A DNA stretch of 64,000 nt from Cyanophora paradoxa CCMP329 (Eukaryota; Plantae; Glaucophyta), in contig QPMI01000048.1 in assembly GCA_004431415.1 (NCBI GenBank), forward strand, positions 124,001 to 188,000, written 5' to 3'. Shown piece after piece: positions 1 through 10,354 of the stretch. Under the pieces are notes generated by a model. The model was not told the DNA's origin. It did no database searches and was given only the letters and a program-made list of their open reading frames with translations. The first letter of the stretch is position 1; each line of letters starts with the position of its first letter. The translations under genes were made by a program, and so were the position numbers.

Positions 1-3000
1 GCAGGGCCGGCGGCTCGGGATCGGGATCGCGCACGGTTGAGCAGCTCGACGAGCTTCGTCGCGTCCATCGAACCCGCCAGCGGCGTAAACTCGACTCTGC
101 AAGGGCGCGACTACAAACTTCGAATTCGGAACTCGAATGGGTTGCTTCGTCGCGGAGGCGGCGGAGGCCTAGGCTATAGCTAGGGGGTCATATACGTGAT
201 GGCGTGCACACGCATGTCGGGCTAGACGTCAAGGCTAGCTATAGGGGCCTAGGCTAGGTTGGTCAAGGCCAGGGGCCGGGGTCATCCACGCGCATGTCGG
301 CGAACAGGATGGCGACGCCCTCGATGCGGTCCGCGATGCACTCCGCGGGCCGCTCCATCAGGCGATGCGCGATCCTGCGCGTGCGATACGTGTTATGGTC
401 AGATCACCGGATTGAGGACGTGCATGTGTTTACAACGCATCGCGAAGCGCCACGCACGGGGCCGGCAACATGTTTTGCAGGAGGCTCTCAGTTCTGTGCG
501 GCGGGCGCGTGCGCGTGTCAGAACAAGGCGCAGGCGCATGCAGCCTGACGTGGACGTCGTGATCGTTAATCGGCCCCGGCCCCGCCCCCGCCCCCACGCA
601 CTTCTGCTTCTGGTCGTCCAGCCGTGTCTGGAGTGCCTTTCGGACGCTGATGTCTCGGATCTGCCGCGCGCGCATATTCATGCCGCGTACGCGTCAGCGT
701 GTACGTGTACAGCAGTCTCCGACTGTCATCGTTTCAAAAAATCAAATGGCCATGGTAAGCCCCCCCAGATCGTTTTGCCATCGTTTTAAGTTGAATGCCA
801 TCGTTTTAAGTGGAAGTTAAAGGCCCTCCGATTTCATTTCGCACCATGCCGACAAAGTAGTGTTCGGCTCCGATGACCACGTCACTGCGCGGCGCGCGCG
901 CCGGCGTCGGCGACGGCGCTGGCGAGAGCGAGCGGGCGCATTCTATAGCTACTAGGCTAGAGATGTTAATATTCGAGGGGAGGATGGCCCGGACTTCATC
1001 GAGAGCTCGATGGGGAAGAGGGAGCCGTCGCCCGGCCGCATCGCGGTCACCTGTGCCGGAAGCATCTAAATCTGAGCTGCAAAGCACAGGCACACGAGGG
1101 GCGAACCTCCCGAATCGTACCGGCGACGGTGGGCCGCCCCGAGCGGAGGTAGGCCTCGATGTAGCCGTCTGTCACCCCGATCCCGCATGAATCACAATTC
1201 TTCTCCAATAGACGCAAAATGAAAGCTTAATTAATTGTAAGCTTAAGGCCCCCGCGCACCGTGGACGCGGGCCACCTCGGGCGGCATGAGCATCGCCACG
1301 TTTCGGCCCACAAGCTCCTCCTGCGACTCCACCTGGAACACTGCGCGCCCGTGCGCGCATGAGGATACGCTATGATGTGAAGGGCGCTCGAGGTCATTAT
1401 AATTAGTATTAATCCCGCCGCACTTGTGAGGGTCATGCGGTTGACAGAGACGATGGTGCACCGCGAGTCGATGAGGATGACGGCGTCGTTCGCGATGTCC
1501 TGCCGCACAGCGAATTTGAAATTTAAATCAATATGCGCGCGGCGCCGGCCGTGATGTATGGTTCTTAAAGCTTAGAACTAGCGTTTTCCCTCGCGCGCAC
1601 CATAATCTGTTTGCTTCGGTATTCCTCTGCCCTCATTTTCGCAACGGCAGCCTCCGCCCTGCGCGTCGTGGATCAGAGACTCAGAATTCGAAAGAGACGG
1701 CGACGCGCGCTGGCTCGCATCCGGAGCGAATGATCATATAAATTAAATGAGCGCACATGGCTCGCTGCGACGCGACGCGGGCCGCGGCCTCGCGGCGGCT
1801 GCGCGCGTCCCGCAGCACGCCCACAAAGTACACAGCGCCGCCGAGGCTCATCGAGCTGCGCCGCCGCCGTCAATTCACGCGAGCTCGAGAAACGAACTCG
1901 AAGTCTAACTCTAATTAATAATATTTATGGCGCAGGACGGGCCGGGGCGGGGCGCCGGCGGGCTCGCCTGAGGGAGAGCTCGCAGGGGATCTCCTCGCCC
2001 GCCGCCGTCAGAGCCATCACGTCGCGAGAGGCCCCCGCGACTTTCGCCCGCCCCGAACGCAGGAATCGCGCGACGTATCCGTCTGGGAGGGGGTCGCTTA
2101 AGCTTCAGGATCGGCCGCGGCGGGGCTGAATTCGAAAGGACGGCGGCACCGTGCTCTGCGGCGACGCCCTTCGGCATGAGCGCGCTCACGTTGCGGCCCA
2201 GCAGGTCGGCCTCGCGGTAGCCCAGTAGAGCCTCGGCCCGCTCATTCACGGCCAGCATCCGGCACTGCGAGTCTGCCGACGTCCCGCCTCGGTCGTCAAG
2301 CTTAAGATTCGCACGCGATTGCCGCATGGATTGTAATTAATGTTGGATTCGAGCACCAATTACGACGACCGCGTTGATCTCGTCGGCCGACTCTGGATCT
2401 GTGGGCATCGATATCGCGATCGTACTGGCGCCGGTGCGGTTATAAAGGGGGTCGACCGGCGCCGGCCTCGCCCCGCCATCGCGCAGAGCTCGAGCGGCCA
2501 CGTGCACGTGCACGTTCGCATCCGCTGGGACCTGCAGGGGCGCCACCTTCATCTTCCCTTGACGCCGCCGCTGCATCAATGGTTGCAGGTTCTTTAGTCA
2601 GGAGATCAGAGGCGTAAGCATCAGGAATTCGAGAATTGAATATCGTTGCCATGCATATATATGATGCGTGCATGTGGTGCGCAATGAGGAACTGACCTTC
2701 CCTCGACCTCCTCCGGATCCCGCCCTAGCGCTCTTGGCCAGCATGCGGGCAGTGGCCAACGCGAGGATGAGAGCCGCCGCGCCGACTCCCGCTGCTGCCC
2801 CTGCAGCGGCCGCGGGCACCTCGCCGCGGACCAAGGCGAGTGCGGCAAGAGACGCCGTTGTTGCCGCTGCGGTGCGCTTGAGTGTTAAGACGGTAACGTT
2901 GTAAAGGCGAGCCTCGGAGTGTGTATAAGGCTATATACTACACATATGCATGCATATGTGCACATGTAAACATATATTCGTGGCATTGCGAAATGGGCAC

Positions 3001-3488
3001 TGACCGAGAAGGATGATGGGCACGAGGAAACATGCAACGCGCACGTATACGTATACCACAGGGTCCACGTGCACAGTGCACGTGCACGTGCATACAGGGC
3101 GGCGTCTGTATGCATCGACATCGTGATCCTTTTTACCGCTAGCTATAGCGGCTGCTGCTTGGGGCGCCAGCGCTTGCAATTGAGCCAGCGGTTGCAATTG
3201 CGCATTCGGCTGACGCTGCTGGTGATTTAGAGTGGCGTGATCATGCATATGATCGTAATTATAATTAAGAGCATTCGGAGCGCTCTGTGCAACATGTCTC
3301 CCTGCATGCACAGCTGCTGCGGGCGAGATCGGGACGCCCGCTAGCGCTGCAGCTGAATTCGCCGATATGCATGTTGAAGTTGCTGACCTAGGCCTGTGCG
3401 ACTCCTCATCGATATCGCTCGTACGCGTGGCGCCGGCGCAAATACACGCGTAGTCGGCCCGGCAAACGCGGGCGTCTGCTTCTTGCAT
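1..3488 (-). CDS. Membrane-anchored tandem-PAS adenylate/guanylate (class III) cyclase; multi-exon, 3' end beyond left edge, start codon uncertain (~3250-3488)
   Basis: Spliced minus-strand exons give two hydrophobic segments (CFLVPIILLAATTASLAALALV; GVGAAALILALATA). PAS1: DSQCRMLAVNERAEALLGYREADLLGRNVSALMP (~2150-2275). PAS2: NDAVILIDSRCTIVSVN..LVGRNVAMLMPPEVARVH..GYIEAYLRSG..HYFVGM (~845-1500). Signalling helix: IRDISVRKALQTRLDDQKQK-TESLLQNMLPAP-IAHRL. Cyclase start: ADRIEGVAILFADI|VEFTPLAGSMDATKLVELLN (375-36). Confidence 0.85.
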
Positions 3489-4123
3489 GCCACAGTGCAC
3501 TGCGGCAGGCCAAAGCCACTGCGCGGCCACAATTGCAGCGTTAGCTGCTGCGCATGCTAAGCTGCAGCCTGCACGGCGGCCCTGCAGTGCAAGCTAAACT
3601 CCCTGAGTCAAGAAGTCTGGCCTTGAAGATCTAGCTATAGAAGGCCCTGATGGGTTGCGGCCCAACTTGCGGGCGCCGGCTAGCTCAGCAGCTGCAGCCT
3701 GCTAGGCTGCAGGAGTCAGCAGCAGGACCACTGGGGCCCCAGACCCTAGCTCGCGCTGGCGATTTTTGACGCTGGCGAATTAAGCCTTTGTATCGAGAGT
3801 GGGGTACCGGGCTTCGGCGGGCTACCGTAGTACTACCACTGTCTACCAGCTGCAGCGCTAGCGGCTGACCTTTCTATGGCGAAGTCGCGGACTCGCGGGG
3901 TGGCCGGGCGAAATCAAGACGCTGGCGGATTAATTTTCGTCAGGATTTCCAGCCTGCAGGCTGCAGCCTGCAGGGGTGCGGCAACGGTAGAGCCTCGGAG
4001 AGGCGCCGGCCGGCGCCGGCGGGCTCCGAGCTCGAGCTCGAGGCCCGAGGCTCAGGCGGCGCACTAATAGTAGTACTAGGTACTAGATAGTCTACTAGGA
4101 CTGTACTACAGTACTACTACTAC

Positions 4124-4433
4124 GGTAACTTGTCTGTAAGGCTGTTAACGTTGTGTACATGTTAGACGCGGATAGACGAGGTAACCCATTCGTCTAACTT
4201 AATTCCCGGCCCGTCTAACTGTCCCTGAAGGGGGTACTACGGTATGTTATAGTACTGCTTGTATGGAGCGGCCATGCGGCTGGCATGCGCCCGCATGCGC
4301 GCGCTGCGTCACACACACAGCCTGCAGCTGCGTGATGCACATGCATATCATAGTATGCGCAGCTCGTCTATTTTGGAGGGTACCCGGTGGGCAACCGTCT
4401 AACGAAATACCCGTCTAACATAACAGCGTTACC
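4124..4433. mobile_element. Degenerate MITE-like element with repeated CGTCTAAC motifs and imperfect terminal inverted repeats
   Basis: The right end read on the minus strand is GGTAAC-GCTGTTA-TGTTAGACG. The left end has the same three blocks in order (4124, 4141, 4160), separated by extra bases. CGTCTAAC occurs at 4191, 4212, 4396 and 4412, inverted at 4161. No ORF. Confidence 0.35.
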
Positions 4434-5090
4434 CATAGCTATACTCCCGGCGGAGTCTCCCGCGCGTAACGCACGTGCAACGTCGTCGACTCGTCGTGCA
4501 TCGAAATCGTCGTGCAAATCACTGCGCGCGCAAATTCCAGCGCAATCGCCGCAATGCCGCGCCGAATGATCCCGAATCAGTGCACGTGCCGATCGGATCC
4601 CTTTTTTTTAATTCACTCCCTTTTCGGAATCCGCCGCATTATCCGCGGCGGATCGCGCGCGGAATCGCCGCGGATCTTGTCAACAATGATTCATGATTAA
4701 TGATTGCAAAATTGCAATTGCCAAAAGTTGCGTGCAAATATTACAAATAGCTAACATTCATTCAGAGCTTTTTCGAGAGCCTCTGTTGTTTTCGAGCCTT
4801 TTTCACTGTCGATCGCGAAACACTGATGTACTGTAGCGGCAGTGTAGCCTCACCACGTATAGGAAGGCCTCGAAGGCCCTCGATCTAGATCTAGATCTAG
4901 AGGCTAGAGCGCGCGCACCGCGGCGTACGTCAATCCAAATCCGCGCATATGTCGCAACCCAAAAAAAGACGCAGGAACCCTGCAGATTTAATTTAATCCT
5001 GTCTCGGACTACCAACACAAACAACGGATCCAGAGCTGACGGGCGCGGCGCGAGGGGCGCGGGGGCCAGGGGCCTTGTCCCAGGCGTCCC

Positions 5091-6924
5091 CTACTCGTCG
5101 CGAGCGGGCAGGGGCTGCCAGGAGGGGATAAGGGACGCGAAGAAGGCAACGACGAGATCCCTGGGTGAGGGCGAAATTCACGGCACGAAAGCATCAGGAA
5201 AGATAGCCTGGACCGACCTTATCTCGATGAAGAAATCGACGACGCCGAGCCTCGCCCGGGGGCGCGGCGCCGCGGCTGCGTGCGTGCGGGAGGGCGTGAG
5301 GGGGTACGCGAAAGAAATCTTGGGGAGAGTGGCGGGGTCACCGGGGGCGTCGGGGGCGCCGGGTACGTTCAGCGGCGCGGGCGGGGCCGGCGGGGCCTGC
5401 TCCCGAATCCGGGGGGCGAATCGGCGCAGGAACGCGAGCCGCCCCGTCTCGTGCCTGCGGCGAAAGCGTCGGCCGCCGGGGGGTGGGGAGGGGAGCGGGG
5501 GGTTGAGAGGGGGGTACGGGGCGCACAGGTACACGAGGATGGCGATGAGGGCGCATGCCATCATACGCTCGCTGCCGCTGTCCTGCGCGGGGGGGGGGTA
5601 CAAATCAGCAGAAAGAAAGGGGAACGGGCCGGATTCGAACCTGGGAGAGGATGAAGACGAGGAGGGCGAGCTTGGCGATGAGCCAGGGGTTCAGGCGGTG
5701 GAGCACGTCGTTGGCGCGGTTGAAGGCGAGCTCGGCCGCCCCCGGGCCCCGCGGCTGCTCGGGCTGCGGCGCCGCGGGCTGCCCCGGCGTGGGCGCCGCC
5801 TGCGGGGCGCCCGGCGCTGCCGCGCGCCCGTAGAGAGCGTGCAGGCCGGGGGCGGCCGCCTGGACGGGGTACGCCTGCCCGTTCGCGTACACGACGCCCT
5901 GCGGGAGCCCGGCCCTGAGGCGAGCGAGCGCCCAGTCAGAGCGGCGGCGGCGGCGGCGGCGGGCGGGGCGGATCGCACCCCCAGTACATCGGCGCGGCGG
6001 CAGCGGCTGCGGCTGCGGCTGCTGCTGCTGCCTGGTCCGGCTGGCCTCCGGCCCGGGCCTGGGCCTGGGCCTGGGCCTGGGCCTGGGCCTGGAGGTGCGC
6101 CGCCAGCATCTGATTCTGGATCATCGCGTACTGCATCATCTGAGCCTGCATCATCTGAGCCTGGTACATCTGCATCTGCATCGCCGCCTGCTGGGCGGCG
6201 GTGTAGCCCTGCTGGCCCTGCGCACCCTGGCCGCGCGCCGCGCGCGTGACGTCAGCAGCGCGGCAGCGCTCCGGGCGCGGCGGGCCACGGGGCGAACCGC
6301 CATGCCGTACATCGCTGGGTTGTACCCGGCGGCCATCGCGGCGGCCATTGCCGCCTGCGCTGCTGCCGCCGTCGCCGCCGGGCTCGGTGACCGCGGCCCG
6401 GACGAGCCGGACGCCTGCGGGGCCGCCGAGGCGGCAGAAGAGGACGAGGACGACGCCACCGGAGCGCTCGAAGACGAAGAGGAAGCCGCGGGCGCAGCGG
6501 GCGCGACTTCCGGGGCCGGCTGTGCTGGCTGGGTCGCCGGCGCCTTCCCGGCGGCGGCCGAGGACGACGGGGCTGGGGGCGAAGGCTTGCTGGGGCAAAC
6601 GATGTGGACGGTTTGCGGCATGCTCAGGTCGTTCTGCGGCAGCGGGCCTTAGAGGAGCGCGGCGGTGTTCGGGGCTCTGGAATGCACCATCCGGAAGACA
6701 TCGGCGAGCTCCTCGTCTCCGGGCAGCACGCGGCCGGCGAAGATGAGCTTCTGGCATTCGGGAGAGGGCCGCGTCGCGTATGTGCGTGACAGCTCCTCCT
6801 TCAGGCGCTCGACGCTCCACGAGGTCGGCGCCTCGAGCTTGTGGTCTCCTTGGAGGCCAGAGGGGTTCTTTATGACGAGCATCACGACCGCCGGCGCGGG
6901 CGGCGCTTGCGCGGGTTCGGCCAT
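5091..6924 (-). CDS. HERPUD: HERP/HERPUD-like ER membrane protein with N-terminal ubiquitin-like domain (multi-exon)
   Basis: N-terminal UBL: VMLVIKNPSGLQGDHKLEAPTSWSVERLKEELSRTYATRPSPECQKLIFAGRVL..QTVHIVCP. Gln/Ala-rich middle region, then hydrophobic segments WLIAKLALLVFILSQ and MMACALIAILVYL. C-terminal DLVVAFFASLIPSW..DE* with TAG at 5093-5091, matching the HERP-family FFxSLxP end. Confidence 0.8.
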
Positions 6925-7196
6925 CTTCGACGGGTACAGGTCAAATCAACCGGGCGGGTACAGCTCGCTCCGCAAGCTCGCTCGGCTTGCAGCCTTCGGA
7001 GAATCTCGGCCCGTAGTTCTGCAGCATCGAGGGGCCCCGTGACCGGGTTGTCGTGCCTGGCCTTGTTGCCGCTGCCACGTCCTGAGCCGCGGCCCCGAGC
7101 GGTGGGGCCGCGGCCGTGAGCGGCGTGCCCGCGCTCCCCTCGTCTATTGCAAGTAGCTACTTCTGCCGGCGGCGCGCTGCGCGAGGCGGCAGCAGC
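6925..7196. promoter_or_regulatory. Putative bidirectional promoter between HERPUD-like gene and myosin
   Basis: 272 bp separate the divergent ATGs at 6924 (-) and 7197 (+). Function is inferred from the arrangement only. Confidence 0.5.
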
Positions 7197-10100
7197 ATGG
7201 AGGTTCCTGCGGTCGAGGTGAGCCTGCCTTGGCGTGCCCGTGCGCGAGGGGGGTCGATTCTGCGGCGGGTGACGCGTTGCCGATGCCTGCACGCGTGCCG
7301 CGGGGCCCGAGCGCCGCGAGGCCGCCGCTGCCGTTGCCGCTTTGAAACCAGGGCCACTGTGGCCCGAGCGCGCTCGCGGCAACGCCTCCCCCGCATTTAA
7401 CACATATCCGGGTCATCTGTCAATCCCCGCGGGCCGCACGTCGATGCCTCGCATGTAACGCTGAGCTTCCTCTCGTCCGCAGGCGGCGCGGGTCTACGTC
7501 TATGACGACGCGGGGCGCCAGTGGGTCGACGCCCGGGTCGTGCCGGGATCGTACGACCAGGAGAGCCGCACCTGCGCCGTCCGGACGCACGGAGGGCAGG
7601 AGATGCGGCTCCCGTACCAGGACCTGAGCTTCGCGAACGACGGGCCGGCCGTGGAGGACATGTGCGTCCTGAGCCACCTGAACGAGCCCGCGATACTCCA
7701 GAACGTCCGCGCGCGCTTCGCGGCCGACGAAATCTACGTGCGCTGCCATCCCTCCTCCCTTCGCGGCGCCGCGCCGCGCTCACGCCCGCGCTCGCCCGCA
7801 GACGTACACGGGCCGCATTCTGGTGGCCGTGAACCCTTTCCGGGACGTCGACGCGCTCTACACGCGGGAGCGCATGGCGGGGTACCATGGGAAGAAGCAC
7901 GGGGAGCGCCCGCCCCACATCTTCGCGGTGGCCGAAGAGGCGTACGCCGCCATGCGCGCGACGGGTACGAACCAGTCCATCCTCATCAGCGGCGAGTCCG
8001 GCGCGGGGAAGACCGAGAGCACCAAGTTCTGCAGTGCGCGGCGTCTTCCCCCCTCGGCTTTTCTGGGCCCCCCCCTCTTCTCTCGCGCCCCGCCCAACGC
8101 TGTCCGCCCGCAGTGGAGTTTCTGACGCACGCCGGCTTCGGCCTGGAGTCCCGCGTCGGGCAGGGTACACCCGATTCCTTCGCGCGGTCCATCGCCGAGC
8201 AGGCGCGGCGCCCCCGGCCCCTCGAGCCCTCTGGGATCGCTCACGGGAGTTTAAAACCGCAGGTCCTGGAGTCGAACCCGATCCTTGAAGCCTTCGGCAA
8301 CGCGCGCACGCTCCGCAACGACAACTCCTCTCGCTTCGGCAAGTTTATCGAGATCAAATTCGACACCGCCGGCCGCGTCGCGGGGTACGGGCCACTCCGG
8401 CTTCCGTCCCACGTATCCCGGCCTCTGACGCGCCCTTGTTAGTGCCCGGATTCAGACGTACCTTCTTGAGAAGTCCCGCGTCGTGCGGCAGTCCCCCGGC
8501 GAGCGGAACTTCCACGTTTTCTACCAGGTACCCCCCAGGCCGCCCGCCTCTTTCGCTCCCGTACCCCCGGCCGACCGCATTCCCCCCGCGCAGCTCTGTG
8601 CGGGGGCGGACCCTGCCCTACGCGGTGCGTCCCCGCATCCGCCGCGTTCCGAATCCCCGTACCCCCTCCCTGCTCACTGTATCCCTCTCAGAGCGCCTGC
8701 GGCTCCGGCCGGCGACGGAGTTCAGGTATCTCCGCCAGGGCAACTGCTTCTCAATCGAGGGCGTCAGCGACTCCGAGGAGTTCGCCCGGACCTCGGTACC
8801 CTCCCGCTTCCCCCCAACACCGTACCTCCCTCACGTTCTCCCGTGCCCCCCAGAGGGCCATGGAGGTGGTGGGGATGTCGGGGGAGGAGCGGGAGTCGGT
8901 GTTCCGGGTACTGGCCGCCGTCCTGGCGATTGGGGAGCTGGACTTTACCCCCGCGGCCTCCGCCCCCGCCTCTGCTTCCGCCCCCGCCGCCCCCGCCCCC
9001 GCCTCGGCCTCTCCGGCCTTGCTAGAGTCTGAGGACGGAAGCGCCGGAGACTCGGCCCCTCCTCCTCCTCCTCCCCCGCCGCCCCCTCCGCTCCCCGACG
9101 GCGCCCCCTCCTCCTCCTCCTCCTCCACCTCCTCCTCGGAGTGCTACGCCGTCTCGAGCCCCGCGGCGCTGCGGGCCGCCGCGGAGCTCTCCGGCCTCCA
9201 CCCCCTCGACCTCCAGGCGCGCTCGGATCAGATCAGATCTGATCTGATCTGATGCGCTCCAGTCCAGTCCAGTCTCATCCGTTTGCAGGCGACGCTGTGC
9301 TCGCGGCGGCTGGAGGCGCGCGGCGAGCGCTACACCGTCCACCGCTCCCTCGAGCAGGTGACTAGCCGCGCCGCATCCGCGATCCAAACGAGGCTGGGCG
9401 ATCTAGAAGACGGATGAGGTCTATCTATCTATCTAGTTAGCTATCTAACTTTAGAAGATCTATCTAGCTAGGAATGCTGCTCCTCGCCCCCATCCATCGC
9501 CCCTCGCCCTCTGCGCTCCCGACGCCCTCCCGCGCAGTGCGTGGCGACGCGGGACGCGCTGGCGAAGGCCCTCTACAGCCGCCTCTTCCGCTGGCTCGTC
9601 GACCGCCTCAACCGGTGCGCCCGCCTCGCCGCCCGGCCGGCCGGCGCCCCTGCAGCGGGAAGGAGTTGGGCCGGCCCTCTCACCTCCCCTCTCGCCTCCC
9701 CCCTCCCGGCCTCCAGGTCCATCTCCGGGGACCTGCCGTCGGACCGCAACTGCGTCTCCATCCTCGACATCTTCGGCTTCGAGTGCTTCGAGGTGCGCCC
9801 CGGGGCGCAGAGTAGGCGCCCCGGGGCCTGGCGCTCGGCCCTATGCTCAGCCTGACGCGCCCGCCTCCACCCCACCCCCCCCCCCCCCTCCCCCCCCTCA
9901 GCGGAACAGCTTCGAGCAGCTGTGCATCAACTACGCGAACGAGAAGCTGCAGCTCAAGTTCACCGCCGACGTCCTCAAGGGTGCGCCGGCGCTCCTGCCC
10001 GGAGGTGCCGGGCCGGGCCGGGCCGGGGCCGGGCCGGGCCGGGGCCGGGTGCCGGGCGCGGGGCGCGGTGTATTTCTCCGCATGCGGAGACGCAATGAGG

Positions 10101-10320
10101 AAGCGGAAGCGGGCGGCGCCCCTCTAGCGGGGGGGGGGAGGGGGGGGGGGGGGGGCGTATGGGGGCGCGGGGGTGGGCGTATGGGGGCGCGCGGGGTGGG
10201 CGTATGGGGGCGCGGGGCGCGGCGTCTTTCTCCGCACTGCGTCTCCCCCAGCCCTCACGCCCTCCCCCTCCTCCCCCGCAGGCGAGCAGGAGCTCTACGC
10301 CTCGGAGGGCGTCCCCTGGT

Positions 10321-10354
<34 letters not shown>

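Noticed and set aside
5227-6249. 340-aa plus-strand ORF
   Set aside because: Antisense to the HERPUD-like gene; stop codons are simply scarce at this GC content.
10130-10353. Long poly-G/poly-C runs (also 14951-14990, 17828-17854, 50958-50983) as functional G-quadruplex elements
   Set aside because: Intronic homopolymers of unreliable length; nothing beyond composition supports a function.
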